DNA from: an uncultured Lachnospiraceae bacterium
GTDB taxonomy: Bacteria; Bacillota; Clostridia; Lachnospirales; Lachnospiraceae
Reading direction: 5' to 3'
Length of the DNA stretch: 64,000 nucleotides
NCBI GenBank assembly: GCA_947175055.1
Contig: CAMWLJ010000006.1
Span: forward strand, 44 to 64,043
The notes below the pieces were generated by a model. The model ran no database searches and was not told where the DNA came from. It was given only the letters and a program-made list of their open reading frames with translations. The position numbers and the translations under genes were made by a program. The number at the start of each line of letters is the position of its first letter. The stretch's first letter is position 1. This document shows positions 18,474 to 29,212 of the stretch, piece after piece.

Positions 18474-19256
18474 ATGCAGAATTATTCGGGAGAAGCAGGG
18501 TTACAGTATCATTTACAGATCAGACCGGGGGATGTGGGGCGGTATGTGATCCTGCCGGGAGACCCCAAGCGGAGTGAGAAGATCGCCAGGCACTTTGAGG
18601 ATGCGAAGCTGGTGGCCGACAGCAGGGAGTTTGTTACTTACACGGGATATCTGGATGGGGAAAAGGTAAGCGTGACGTCTACCGGAATCGGAGGACCTTC
18701 CGCATCGATCGCCATGGAAGAGCTGGCGCTTAGCGGTGCGGACACTTTTATCCGTGTGGGCACCTGCGGCGGTATCGATCTGGATGTCAAGGGCGGCGAT
18801 ATCGTGGTTGCCACGGGGGCGGTGCGTATGGAAGGCACCAGCAGGGAATATGCGCCCATAGAATACCCGGCGGTGCCGGACTATGAGGTGACCAATGCGC
18901 TGGTGGAGTCCTGTCGGGAGTTGGGCTTACCCTGCCATGTAGGGGTGGTTCAGTGCAAAGATGCCTTTTACGGACAACATGAGCCGGAGCGGATGCCGGT
19001 GAGCTATGAACTGTTAAATAAGTGGGAGGCGTGGAAGCGCCTCGGCTGTAAAGCTTCCGAGATGGAGTCGGCGGCGCTGTTCATTGCGGCCAGCCATCTG
19101 AGAGTGCGGTGTGGTTCCAACTTCCTGGTAGTGGGGAATCAGGAGAGAAATGCCAAGGGGCTTTATAATCCGATCATACACGATACGGAGGCGGCCATTA
19201 CGGTGGCGGTGGGAGCACTGCGGAAACTGATCAGGGCGGATCGGGAGAAGAAGTGA
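18474..19256 (+). CDS. udp: Uridine phosphorylase
   Basis: [38 protein letters not shown]. Confidence 0.92.
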   Translation: MQNYSGEAGLQYHLQIRPGDVGRYVILPGDPKRSEKIARHFEDAKLVADSREFVTYTGYLDGEKVSVTSTGIGGPSASIAMEELALSGADTFIRVGTCGGIDLDVKGGDIVVATGAVRMEGTSREYAPIEYPAVPDYEVTNALVESCRELGLPCHVGVVQCKDAFYGQHEPERMPVSYELLNKWEAWKRLGCKASEMESAALFIAASHLRVRCGSNFLVVGNQERNAKGLYNPIIHDTEAAITVAVGALRKLIRADREKK

Positions 19257-19325
19257 CAGCACCGGAAGCATAATTCGGGTAGATGCTACCAGATCAGCAG
19301 TAATATCATCAGGAGGATTGTTCAA

Positions 19326-20522
19326 ATGGCGGAAAGAAAGTATAAGAGAATTTTTACGATCGTGATCGATTCACTGGGAGTGGGTGCCCTGGCGGATGCC
19401 GCTTCCTATGGGGATGAGGGGACGGATACGCTGGGACATATTTCTCAGAGCGTGGAGGAATTTAAGATTCCCAATCTGCAGAAGATGGGTATGGCAAACC
19501 TGCATCCTTTGAAGCAGGTATCGCCGGTGGAGAAACCCTTAAGTTATTTTATGAAAATGCACGAGGCCAGTACCGGCAAGGATACCATGACGGGGCATTG
19601 GGAGATGATGGGACTTCATATCACAAAGCCTTTTCAGACGTTTACGGAAACGGGATTTCCGAAGGAACTGATTGATGAGCTGTCCAGACGGACCGGCCGT
19701 GTCATCATCGGCAACAAGAGTGCCAGCGGCACGGAGATTCTGGAGGAGCTGGCGGAGGAGGAGATCGCCACGGGCCATATGATCGTCTACACTTCTGCGG
19801 ATTCCGTACTGCAGATCTGCGGCAATGAGGAGACCTTCGGCCTGGAAGAATTGTACCGCTGCTGTGAGATCGCCAGAGAGCTTACCATGAAGGATGAGTG
19901 GAAGGTAGGTCGGGTGATCGCCAGACCTTACGTGGGAAAGAAGCGGGGCGAGTTTAAGCGCACCAGTAATCGTCACGATTACGCGCTGAAACCTTACGGC
20001 AGGACGGTGTTAAATGCCTTGAAGGAGGCAGGGCTGGATGTGATCTCGGTGGGCAAGATCTTTGATATCTTTGACGGCGAAGGTCTGACGGAATCCAATA
20101 AATCCAAAAGTTCCGTGCATGGCATGGAACAGGCGATCGAGATCGCGGGCAGGGATTTTGAAGGGTTATGTTTCGTGAACCTGGTGGATTTCGATGCCTT
20201 ATGGGGGCATCGGCGTGATGTCATAGGATATGCCAAGGAACTGGAGAAGTTTGATGTAAAGCTGGGAGAATTCCTGCCGCTGCTACATGAAGACGACTTG
20301 CTGATCATTACCGCAGATCACGGAAACGACCCGACCCACACGGGCACAGATCATACAAGAGAGAAGGTACCGTTCCTTGCGTATTCTCCGTCGATGAAGG
20401 GCAGCGGGAAGCTGGAGGACACCCAGACCTTTGCGGTAATCGGGGCCACCATAGCCGATAATTTCGGAATCGACATGCCGGAAGGGACGATCGGAACCTC
20501 CGTGCTGGAGAAATTACTATAA
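19326..20522 (+). CDS. deoB: Phosphopentomutase
   Basis: [55 protein letters not shown]. Confidence 0.96.
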   Translation: MAERKYKRIFTIVIDSLGVGALADAASYGDEGTDTLGHISQSVEEFKIPNLQKMGMANLHPLKQVSPVEKPLSYFMKMHEASTGKDTMTGHWEMMGLHITKPFQTFTETGFPKELIDELSRRTGRVIIGNKSASGTEILEELAEEEIATGHMIVYTSADSVLQICGNEETFGLEELYRCCEIARELTMKDEWKVGRVIARPYVGKKRGEFKRTSNRHDYALKPYGRTVLNALKEAGLDVISVGKIFDIFDGEGLTESNKSKSSVHGMEQAIEIAGRDFEGLCFVNLVDFDALWGHRRDVIGYAKELEKFDVKLGEFLPLLHEDDLLIITADHGNDPTHTGTDHTREKVPFLAYSPSMKGSGKLEDTQTFAVIGATIADNFGIDMPEGTIGTSVLEKLL

Positions 20523-20619
20523 GCAATCCCCGTTATGCACACAAGATCGGAGTTTTTGGCGCATTCACGAAGTCCGCAGTGTAATGCGTACTCCTGATTG
20601 ACAGGTTATTTCTACAGTA

Positions 20620-20669
20620 ATCAAAGACCCCACTGCAAGCAGCCACTTGGCTCGTTGCTCGCGGGAATA
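20620..20669 (-). repeat. 50-bp dispersed repeat, copy 1 (inverted relative to 33638-33687)
   Basis: 45/50 identity to the reverse complement of 33638-33687. Confidence 0.8.
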
Positions 20670-20699
20670 AAGAATCGATGGAATAAAGGAGAGAACATT

Positions 20700-21368
20700 A
20701 TGAACAAGAAAGAAATGTTAAAGACAGTGGATCATACGCTGCTCACGCAGACGGCTACCTGGGAGGAGATTCGCGGGATCCTGGATGACGGGATCAAATA
20801 TCAGACCGCATCCGCATGTATTCCGGCGGCCTATGTGAAGCAGGCGGCGGAGTATGTGGAAGGCAGGCTGCCGATCTGTACGGTGATCGGGTTCCCGAAC
20901 GGATACAGCACTACGGCGGTGAAGGTTTTTGAGACGAAAGATGCCATAGAAAACGGCGCGGAAGAGATCGACATGGTGATCAATATCGGCTGGGTGAAAG
21001 ACGGGAAATACAAGGAGATCGAGGACGAGATACGGCAGATTCATGAAGCCTGCGGGGGTAAGCTCTTGAAAGTCATTATCGAGACCTGTCTGCTCACCGA
21101 GGAGGAGAAGATCAGGATGTGTGAGACCGTTACCAGGGCAGGGGCCGATTATATCAAGACCTCTACGGGATTTTCCACTGCCGGAGCTACCTTCGCGGAT
21201 GTGGAACTGATGCGCGGACATGTAGGCAAGGAAGTGAAGGTGAAAGCCGCAGGTGGCATCGCGTCACTGGAAGATGCGGAGCGATTCATCGCTCTGGGCG
21301 CAGACAGATTGGGCACCAGCAGGATTATTAAGATCATCAAGCAGACGGATGACGGGGCAGGCTATTAA
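20700..21368 (+). CDS. deoC: Deoxyribose-phosphate aldolase
   Basis: [45 protein letters not shown]. Confidence 0.96.
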   Translation: MNKKEMLKTVDHTLLTQTATWEEIRGILDDGIKYQTASACIPAAYVKQAAEYVEGRLPICTVIGFPNGYSTTAVKVFETKDAIENGAEEIDMVINIGWVKDGKYKEIEDEIRQIHEACGGKLLKVIIETCLLTEEEKIRMCETVTRAGADYIKTSTGFSTAGATFADVELMRGHVGKEVKVKAAGGIASLEDAERFIALGADRLGTSRIIKIIKQTDDGAGY

Positions 21369-21417
21369 GACGGCTGCAGAGAGAAATGTGCGATGTCTCG
21401 GAACGGAGGGATATACA

Positions 21418-21831
21418 ATGACCAACGAAGAATTGATCCTGGAGGCGAAGAAAGCCAGGGAACATGCCTACACACCGTATTCTCATTTTCGGGTAGGCGC
21501 TGCGCTTGTGACTAAGAGCGGTAAAATATATCACGGCTGCAATATCGAAAACGCGGCCTACAGTCCCACAAACTGTGCGGAGCGGACGGCCTTTTTCCGG
21601 GCGGTTTACGAAGGGGAGCGGGAGTTTACGAAGATCGCAGTGGTGGGCGGCCCGGAGGGCAGCGATGCAGATGAACTATGTGCACCCTGCGGTGTCTGCC
21701 GGCAGGTCATGATGGAATTCTGCGATCCGGAAACCTTTCAGATCATTTTGGCGGACGGTAAGGGACGGTGCTTGCAGCGTACTTTAAAGGAAATGCTGCC
21801 GTTCGGGTTTGGGCCGGAGAATTTGGACTAA
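21418..21831 (+). CDS. cdd: Cytidine deaminase
   Basis: AYTPYSHFRVGAA, GCNIEN, CAERTA, PCGVCRQ. Confidence 0.96.
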   Translation: MTNEELILEAKKAREHAYTPYSHFRVGAALVTKSGKIYHGCNIENAAYSPTNCAERTAFFRAVYEGEREFTKIAVVGGPEGSDADELCAPCGVCRQVMMEFCDPETFQIILADGKGRCLQRTLKEMLPFGFGPENLD

Positions 21832-21875
21832 AACCGGAGTTTTCCGACATGACAATAAGTCGAGGAGGCTGCTAT

Positions 21876-22964
21876 ATGAAAACAAGATCCAAAAAGAAAA
21901 AGATTCTTTTTATTGTATTAGCTATCATCGTCGTATTACTGATCGCCGGAGATTGGGGATTGTCTGCGATGGTATATAACGAGAACTTTAACCGGCGTTT
22001 TGAGAGTTATGAACCGTATATGCTGTATGTGGAAGATTTTGACGGATTGCAGCGCACGAAATATGAGTTTGCCTCCGATAAGGGACAGAAACTGACAGGA
22101 TATATGTACAGTTTGGGAGAAGGGCAGCGCGGTATCATCGTAATGGCACATGGATTTGGCGGGGGAGGGCACAATTCTTACATGGACTGTGCGGATTATT
22201 TTGCCCGTCACGGTTACTATGTGTTTGCTTATGATGCTACGGGAAATGATGAAAGTGAAGGGGAAGGAATCGGCGGACTGCCGCAGGGGGCGATAGACCT
22301 TGACTATGCGATCACATTTGTGGAAGAAAGCGGGGAATTTCCGGATCTGCCAATTGCTTTATTTGGACACAGCTGGGGCGGTTACAGCGTCTGCAGTGTA
22401 CTTACATATCATCCCGAAGTGAAGGCGGTCATAGCGTGTTCTGGTTTCAACTCTTCCGTGAACCTGTTTGAATCAGAGGGGAAGAAACAGATAGGGGATG
22501 GTATCTATTTGATGTTGCCGTTTGTGAAGCTGCATGAGAGGATCAAATATGGCAAGTATGCCTCAAATACTGCGATGGACGGTTTTGCTGAGAGTGATGC
22601 CGCCGTTATGATCGTGCATAGCCTGGATGATGAGGTAGTTCCGGTCGAATACGGCTACGACATTTACCATGAAAAATACAAGGACGATCCCCGTTTCAGC
22701 TTCCTTCTTTTTGAGGATGCAGGACATAACTACTTCAATGGCGACGCTTATCGCGATGCGTTCAATGCGGAATTTGACAAATGGCTTGAAACATTGGATT
22801 ACGACTATGATGCTGCGGAGAACAAAGAGCGGTTTTCAGAGGATAAAGCAGATTATATATACAGAAATCTTGACAGAGAGAAATGGTGCAATTCATTAGA
22901 TTTGGAGTTATTTCAAGACTTTGTTGATTTTTATGATCAAAGTATGCATAGAGCAGATCATTAA
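21876..22964 (+). CDS. Membrane-anchored or secreted alpha/beta hydrolase
   Basis: Basic then hydrophobic N-terminus, MAHGFGGG, FGHSWGG nucleophile elbow, HSLDDEVV, GH. Confidence 0.85.
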   Translation: MKTRSKKKKILFIVLAIIVVLLIAGDWGLSAMVYNENFNRRFESYEPYMLYVEDFDGLQRTKYEFASDKGQKLTGYMYSLGEGQRGIIVMAHGFGGGGHNSYMDCADYFARHGYYVFAYDATGNDESEGEGIGGLPQGAIDLDYAITFVEESGEFPDLPIALFGHSWGGYSVCSVLTYHPEVKAVIACSGFNSSVNLFESEGKKQIGDGIYLMLPFVKLHERIKYGKYASNTAMDGFAESDAAVMIVHSLDDEVVPVEYGYDIYHEKYKDDPRFSFLLFEDAGHNYFNGDAYRDAFNAEFDKWLETLDYDYDAAENKERFSEDKADYIYRNLDREKWCNSLDLELFQDFVDFYDQSMHRADH

Positions 22965-23088
22965 GAGAGTACCGATCCGGGAACTCTTGCGAAATGGTAG
23001 TATCACATTTGGGAGGGCCATAAAGTCATATGACCACTTATGTGCAAGCACAACGCGGTCTATGACTTTACAGGCTTTCTTTCCGTTA

Positions 23089-23898
23089 TTATTTTATCTT
23101 TTCCGCGATCATAATGTCCATACAATGCTGATGCGGGATTCCGCCGCTATTGCAGTTGAAAATAATTTCTTCTGTCTTATGCAATTTCCAATCATGATAG
23201 AGCATAAAAAGTTCTCCGGAATTCCAGCGGAACCGGTTGGCATCCTTATCCGGCGGAACTTCCACAAACGGTTTGTCTACAAATACATTGATCGTGTGTA
23301 TGCCATTTATGTTTGTGTGCTCTTTCAGGTTTGTCGTAATTTCTTTCCGGATTTCCGGCTTGATAAAGTGAAATACTCCACTGCAAAAAATAATGTCATA
23401 GTATTCGGTTGCACGAAAATCAGTGATGTCGGCTTTAAAAAAGTCTACATAGGTATTACATTTTTCGGCAAGTCTCTTCCCCTTTTCTATTCCGGATTCG
23501 GACAGATCAAAAGCTGTTACGATATAACCGTTCCGAGCAAGAAAAACAGCGTCTTTCCCTTCTCCGCAGCCAATATCCAACACTTTTAACGATTTGACTG
23601 GCGGCCGCATTTTCATTATCTCATAGCATAAAGTGTTAGGGATTATCCCCCAATAGTAACCAGCTGTTTCATATCGCTTATCATAATCAGAAACTACAAA
23701 GGATTTATATCCCAAAAGGGAATCTATACTTGTATTCAGTACACTTGCGATCATAGGAAGCATTTCCGTTTCCGGATAATTTGTCCCGTTCTCCCATTTC
23801 GATACTGCCTGAAAAGAAACATTTAACTTATCTGCCAAAGTTTGCTGCGTATATCCTAAGGCCTTTCTTTTATTCATGATCACCGATCCAATATTCAT
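23089..23898 (-). CDS. XRE-family HTH fused to a class I SAM methyltransferase (TehB-like)
   Basis: RKALGYTQQTLADKLNVSFQAVSKWENG (HTH_3), then VLDIGCGEGKDAVFLARNG (SAM motif I). Confidence 0.85.
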   Translation of the reverse strand: MNIGSVIMNKRKALGYTQQTLADKLNVSFQAVSKWENGTNYPETEMLPMIASVLNTSIDSLLGYKSFVVSDYDKRYETAGYYWGIIPNTLCYEIMKMRPPVKSLKVLDIGCGEGKDAVFLARNGYIVTAFDLSESGIEKGKRLAEKCNTYVDFFKADITDFRATEYYDIIFCSGVFHFIKPEIRKEITTNLKEHTNINGIHTINVFVDKPFVEVPPDKDANRFRWNSGELFMLYHDWKLHKTEEIIFNCNSGGIPHQHCMDIMIAEKIK

Positions 23899-24265
23899 TG
23901 AAACACCCCCTGTCTTTGATTTTATTTTACCATTAAAAATTGAAAAAACCATAACCGTGTCGGTTAGTTGATCATATAAATTCAACTGGCAGTAGAAAAC
24001 TAAAATATGTGAATGGCAATTCGATCATGGTTTAGATACAAAACATACAGGGAGTTGCTGGAGGAATAGCAGAAAGTCGATCATTATAATTTTTTGTACT
24101 GTTCAATCGCAGCTGTCCATGATATTCTGAAAAGAGGAAGCAGAGGACTTCAGAAGCGCATTAAATGTGCTCGTGAGGCTTTGGAATGAACGTATAAATA
24201 TGATCGACCGGTTGATGGAATACTATAGGTGATCATAAAATAAAAGGAAAAATGGAGGATATGCT

Positions 24266-25372
24266 ATGGAGAACAGGCAACTGCGGGTCGGCGTGATCGG
24301 CTGCGGCGCGATCAGCGACATTTATCTGAAAAACATGATAGATGAATTCGACAACCTGGAGGTTGCGGCATGTGCGGCGGCTCATGTGGAGAATGCCGTG
24401 AAGAAGGCAGAGCAGTATAAGATCAGAGGCTGTACGGTGGAGGAACTGCTGGCGGATGATACGATCGATATGGTGGTCATCCTGACACCGGCGTCCACCC
24501 ATTATGAGCTGGCGAAGAAGGCACTGGAAGCCGGCAAGCATGTGTACACGGAGAAGACGATGACGATCGCCCCGGATACGGCGGCGGAACTGATAAAGCT
24601 GGCGGAGGAGAAGGGATTGTATCTGGGATCCGCACCGGACACTTTTCTGGGAGCTTCCTGGCAGACGGCCAGAAAGATGATCGATGAAGAGAGGCTGGGG
24701 GAGATCACATCCTTCCAGATCAGTGCAAACCGTGATCTGGACTTTCTGGCGAGTCTCTTCGGTTTCCTGCGGATGCCGGGCGGCGGGATCTGCTATGATT
24801 ACGGTGTCTATTATCTGACTACGCTGGTGAGCCTGCTGGGACCCGTGAAGCGTGTGGCGGCGTCTGTCAGGAACGGAAAGCCTGTCCGTGTGAACGTGGC
24901 ATCTCAGTCGCCGGAGTTTGGCCAGGAATTTTCTTATCCTAATGAGAGTCAGGTATTTGCTGTTGTGGAACTGGAGAACGGCGTTACGGGTAATTTTGCC
25001 TTAAACGGTGACTCGGTCCTCGCGGATCAGGCTATGTTTACCATTTACGGAACCAAGGGCATCTTGAAGCTGACCGATCCCAACCAGTTTGGCGGGAAGA
25101 ATACTTTTATGGCTAACAGCTATGATTTTGCCAACCAGCCAGCCTGGGAGGAGATCGAGAATGTATTCCCCTATGAGGAGAACAGCCGCGGTATAGGGCC
25201 GGCCGATATGGCTGACGCGATCCTTAGCGGCAGAAAGAACCGGGCGGATAAAGAGATGGCGTATCATGTGCTGGATGTGATCGACGCGATGATGAAGAGC
25301 AGTGACAGCGGGCGGTTCGAGGAAGTCAACTCGACGTGCGAGCGGCCGCTCTCGTTGACGGAGAAATTCTAG
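24266..25372 (+). CDS. Gfo/Idh/MocA oxidoreductase
   Basis: GVIGCGAIS, GKHVYTEK, GSAPDTFLG, GGGICYDYGVYYL. Confidence 0.9.
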   Translation: MENRQLRVGVIGCGAISDIYLKNMIDEFDNLEVAACAAAHVENAVKKAEQYKIRGCTVEELLADDTIDMVVILTPASTHYELAKKALEAGKHVYTEKTMTIAPDTAAELIKLAEEKGLYLGSAPDTFLGASWQTARKMIDEERLGEITSFQISANRDLDFLASLFGFLRMPGGGICYDYGVYYLTTLVSLLGPVKRVAASVRNGKPVRVNVASQSPEFGQEFSYPNESQVFAVVELENGVTGNFALNGDSVLADQAMFTIYGTKGILKLTDPNQFGGKNTFMANSYDFANQPAWEEIENVFPYEENSRGIGPADMADAILSGRKNRADKEMAYHVLDVIDAMMKSSDSGRFEEVNSTCERPLSLTEKF

Positions 25373-25422
25373 ATCTGAAACTATTAACCGTATAAAACCG
25401 AACATGCAGGAGGAAACAGGCC

Positions 25423-25725
25423 ATGGTAAAACATCTTATTTTGTGGAAGCTGAAGGATGAACTGACAGCGGAAGAAAAGCAGAAGATCAAGCAGGAGATC
25501 AAGACTGGGCTGGAGGGACTGCTTGGAAAGATTCCCGGCCTTGTGGAGATCAAGGTACAGATAGAAGGATTGGAGTCCTCCAATGCGGATCTGATGCTGG
25601 ATTCTGTCTTCACGGATGAGGAAGCCTTGAAAGGCTACAGTGTGCACCCTGCGCATGTGGAAGTGGCGGATACGAAGGTAAGGCCTTTCACGCAGATCAG
25701 GTTGTGCCTGGATTTTAACCAATAA
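25423..25725 (+). CDS. Dabb family (stress-responsive A/B barrel) protein
   Basis: MVKHLILWKLK...KIPGL...YSVHPAH...CLDF. Confidence 0.85.
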   Translation: MVKHLILWKLKDELTAEEKQKIKQEIKTGLEGLLGKIPGLVEIKVQIEGLESSNADLMLDSVFTDEEALKGYSVHPAHVEVADTKVRPFTQIRLCLDFNQ

Positions 25726-25770
25726 CAGGACGAAAGAAATTCCCAAACAATACAAGTTGGAGGAGATGAT

Positions 25771-26907
25771 ATGAAAGCGGTTATAGCGATCGATTCCTTT
25801 AAAGGCAGCCTGTCTTCTCTGGAGGCAGGACAGGCCGCGGAGGCGGGGATCAAAAGAGTCTTTCCAGATGCTGTGACGCAAGTATGTCCGCTGGCGGACG
25901 GCGGTGAGGGAACAGTGGAAACACTGATCGGCGGTATGGGAGGCACTATCCGCCGCCTGCCTGTCACAGGGCCGCTTGGTGAGACGGTGACAGGGCGGTA
26001 CGGCATTCTGGAGGACGGTATCACGGCGGTTCTTGAGATGGCTGACGCGGCGGGGATCACCATGGTTTCACCGGAACAGAGGAACCCTCTGTATACGACG
26101 ACCTACGGAGTGGGAGAGACGATCCGGGATGCGATTGGAGAGGGGTGCCGGAAGTTCATCATCGGTATCGGCGGCAGTGCCACCAATGACGGCGGTGTGG
26201 GAATGCTGCAGGCGCTTGGATTTGAATTCCTGGACGGGGAAGGGAAACCCGTCGCTTTTGGCGCACAGGGCTTAGAGAAGCTAGTCTGCATTGGCACCCG
26301 GCATGCCATGGAAGAATTGTCTGACTGCGAATTTCATATTGCCTGCGACGTGAAAAACGGGCTGTGCGGCCCTGACGGATGCAGCGCCGTGTTTGGTCCC
26401 CAGAAAGGGGCGGATGCAGCCATGATCTGTAAGATGGACGCATGGCTTGCCGACTACGCGGCGCTTGCTGCCGCGGCTTGCGAGGGCGGAGCGGTGGATC
26501 CGGACCATCCCGGGGCCGGTGCGGCCGGCGGACTGGGCTTTGCATTCCGCACCTTTCTGCATGGTTCTCTGGAGCCGGGAGTGGAACTGATCCTGCGGGA
26601 GACAAGGCTGGAAGAGACGATCCGGGATGCCGATGTGGTAGTCACGGGAGAGGGAAGACTGGACGGGCAGACCGTTATGGGCAAGGCGCCTATCGGTGTG
26701 GCCAGGCTGGCGAAGAAGCACGGAATAAAGGTAGTCGCCTTTTCCGGCTGTGTGACGGAGGATGCACGGGCATGTAATGCCCATGGCATTGACGCGTTCT
26801 TCCCGATCGTGCGCGGTGCGGTGTCATTGGAAGAAGCGATGGACCGGGACAATGCCGCCCGGAATATGACGGATACGGCAGAGCAGGTATTCCGGCTGAT
26901 GGGGTAA
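25771..26907 (+). CDS. glxK: Glycerate kinase (GlxK/GarK family)
   Basis: IDSFKGSL, LADGGEGT, GIGGSATNDGG, FGPQKGA, GAGAAGGLG, TGEGRLD. Confidence 0.92.
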   Translation: MKAVIAIDSFKGSLSSLEAGQAAEAGIKRVFPDAVTQVCPLADGGEGTVETLIGGMGGTIRRLPVTGPLGETVTGRYGILEDGITAVLEMADAAGITMVSPEQRNPLYTTTYGVGETIRDAIGEGCRKFIIGIGGSATNDGGVGMLQALGFEFLDGEGKPVAFGAQGLEKLVCIGTRHAMEELSDCEFHIACDVKNGLCGPDGCSAVFGPQKGADAAMICKMDAWLADYAALAAAACEGGAVDPDHPGAGAAGGLGFAFRTFLHGSLEPGVELILRETRLEETIRDADVVVTGEGRLDGQTVMGKAPIGVARLAKKHGIKVVAFSGCVTEDARACNAHGIDAFFPIVRGAVSLEEAMDRDNAARNMTDTAEQVFRLMG

Positions 26908-26931
26908 TATTTTTGGAAAAGGAAACCGACA

Positions 26932-28620
26932 ATGCGTAAAGAATTCAATATCACCGGTTTATGTGTACCCGGTAAACACTACATGGTAGACTTGGGAAGC
27001 CGTCTGGAACAGATGAAGAAGATGGTGGATCAGGGACAGTACTTTACGATCAACAGGGCACGCCAATATGGAAAAACTACCACGCTGGCAGCTTTGGCGG
27101 AATATTTGAAAAAGGAATATATCGTGGTCTTCCTCGATTTTCAGATGATCGGCAGTGCGATGTACGACAGAGAGGATTCTTTCGCGCGGGCCTTCGCAGC
27201 CTGTTTTTTGGATGAATTTCGTTCGGAGTGCGAGACTATGTCGGGCAGGGAAGATCGGGCTTGGTCGGAGACAGGGCGGGACTTGTCAGGCAGTGCAGAT
27301 GTGGTTAGTGAGAGTGAGACGAATGCGCTGGATCGTGTAGTGGAGGCGCTGGAAAAGTCTTTGGCAAACAGAGAAGAGCCTTTTTATCTGCTACAGCTTT
27401 TTAAGGGGCTGACTGCTGTCTGCAGAGCTGTCGGGCGGCCGGTAGTGCTTATGGCGGATGAAGTGGACAGTGCCGCTGATAATCAGGTTTTTCTGGATTT
27501 TCTGTCCCAGCTTCGCAAGTATTATTTAGAGAGGGCCAGAAAAGGGACGGTGACCTTTCACTGCGTGATTTTGGCGAGTGTCTATGACGTGAAAAATCTG
27601 AAAAGAAAGCTGCGCCCCGGAGAAGAGCATCAGAGGAACAGTCCTTGGAATATCGCAGTGGATCTTACGCTGGATATGAGTTTTTCCAAGAATGATATCG
27701 CAGGGATGCTGCGGGAATACGAAACGGATGTGCATACGGGCATGGATATAGACGGCATGGCCGGTCTGCTGGCGGAGGAAACCTCGGGGTATCCTTTTCT
27801 TGTATGTCGTCTGTGCCGGATCATGGATATGGAATTGCCGGGAACAGAGAGATTTCCGGATCGCCATGCGGCATGGAGCCGGGCTGGGTTTCTTGAGGCA
27901 GTGAGAATTCTGGTTTCCGAGAAGAATACATTGTTTGATTCGCTCAACCACAAGCTGGAAGACTATCCGGAGTTGGAGCGTGTCATCTGCAGGCTGTTAT
28001 TTAACGGTGAACGGATCGTCTATAATCCGGATGTGGAAGAAATCGAGACTGCCATGCTGTTCGGATTTGTGAAACGAGAGGGGGCGGCGGTGGCGATCGC
28101 CAACCGGATTTTTGAGACACGCTTGTATGACCGCTTCCTGACGTCGTCGGAGTGGAAAGAAAACAGCTTGACGCAGGCTTCTTTTTCCGATATAAACGGT
28201 TTTGTGGTGGACGGCCATTTGAATATGCGAAGGATTCTCGAAAAGTTTACGCAGCATTTTCAGGAATTATACGGAGAAGAGGATGAGCGATTTGTGGAGG
28301 AGTACGGAAGAAGATTTTTCCTGCTGTATCTACGGCCGATCATCAACGGAACCGGGAATTTTTATATAGAGACGCAGACGAGAGACAGGAAGAGGACAGA
28401 CGTTATCGTAGACTATCACGGGGAACAGTTTGTGATCGAGATGAAGATCTGGCATGGAAAGGAATATCACGAGCGCGGAGAGCAGCAGTTGATCGGCTAT
28501 CTGCAAAACTACCGGAAAACAACAGGATATTTGTTGAGTTTTAACTTCAATCAGAAAAAGGAAACCGGTGTGTTTGAAAGAGTCATTGGTGAATACAGGA
28601 TCGTGGAAGCAGTAGTATAA
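26932..28620 (+). CDS. AAA-like ATPase with C-terminal PD-(D/E)XK-like domain
   Basis: FNITGLC, RARQYGKTT, MADEVD, SPWNIA, TSGYPFLV, C-terminal RTDVIV...IEMKIW. Confidence 0.82.
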   Translation: MRKEFNITGLCVPGKHYMVDLGSRLEQMKKMVDQGQYFTINRARQYGKTTTLAALAEYLKKEYIVVFLDFQMIGSAMYDREDSFARAFAACFLDEFRSECETMSGREDRAWSETGRDLSGSADVVSESETNALDRVVEALEKSLANREEPFYLLQLFKGLTAVCRAVGRPVVLMADEVDSAADNQVFLDFLSQLRKYYLERARKGTVTFHCVILASVYDVKNLKRKLRPGEEHQRNSPWNIAVDLTLDMSFSKNDIAGMLREYETDVHTGMDIDGMAGLLAEETSGYPFLVCRLCRIMDMELPGTERFPDRHAAWSRAGFLEAVRILVSEKNTLFDSLNHKLEDYPELERVICRLLFNGERIVYNPDVEEIETAMLFGFVKREGAAVAIANRIFETRLYDRFLTSSEWKENSLTQASFSDINGFVVDGHLNMRRILEKFTQHFQELYGEEDERFVEEYGRRFFLLYLRPIINGTGNFYIETQTRDRKRTDVIVDYHGEQFVIEMKIWHGKEYHERGEQQLIGYLQNYRKTTGYLLSFNFNQKKETGVFERVIGEYRIVEAVV

Positions 28621-28647
28621 GTTGTATCAGGTCGAAAGAAGCAGACC

Positions 28648-29033
28648 ATGACAGAAAAAACGGTGATCATATCATCATTATCCTTTGATACCCTGTACGC
28701 GGTGTCCGGCGAGAGAAAAGAAGAAAGCGAGATGCTTTTTGGCAGCTTTGGCTTTCGGGTAGATCTGGAGGATTCGGCAATCGCGGACAGACGGGGTGTA
28801 TGCCTGATCTTAAAGGAGACGGAAAACACATTCTATGTTATGATTCATGCGGCTAGACTGCTTCCCTTTTCTACGGATGAGAAGAAGCCATATGTGGATC
28901 TGCTGGCGCTGGAAGAGGGGCGGTTCGAGGACGGCGTTTGGAAAGCCGGCGCAGGTTTAACGGAGATGAGGCCGCCGGCCTGCGGTTTGAGGAGCCGACA
29001 CTCTTGAAGGTGAAGTTGTTTGCTTACGCATAA
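28648..29033 (+). pseudogene. Frameshifted C-terminal fragment of a DUF5597-type (GH35-associated) protein
   Basis: LEEGRFEDGVWKAG continues in another frame as RRFNGDEAAGLRFEEPTLLKVKLFAYA* (stop at 29031-29033), which implies a 1-nt deletion near 28949. No catalytic domain upstream. Confidence 0.65.
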
Positions 29034-29212
29034 ACATATGTGGGAATAAATTTTACACACACTGACCTGTATGGCGATACATGGGCCTGGATCGGTTTTG
29101 CTGTTTGTATTTTCCACGGTTACGTGATAAGATGGTAAACAACAGTGGAAAGGGAATACATAAATACTGCATTCTGCTGGTAATGACGGATATATTTGGG
29201 AGACAGACTAGA

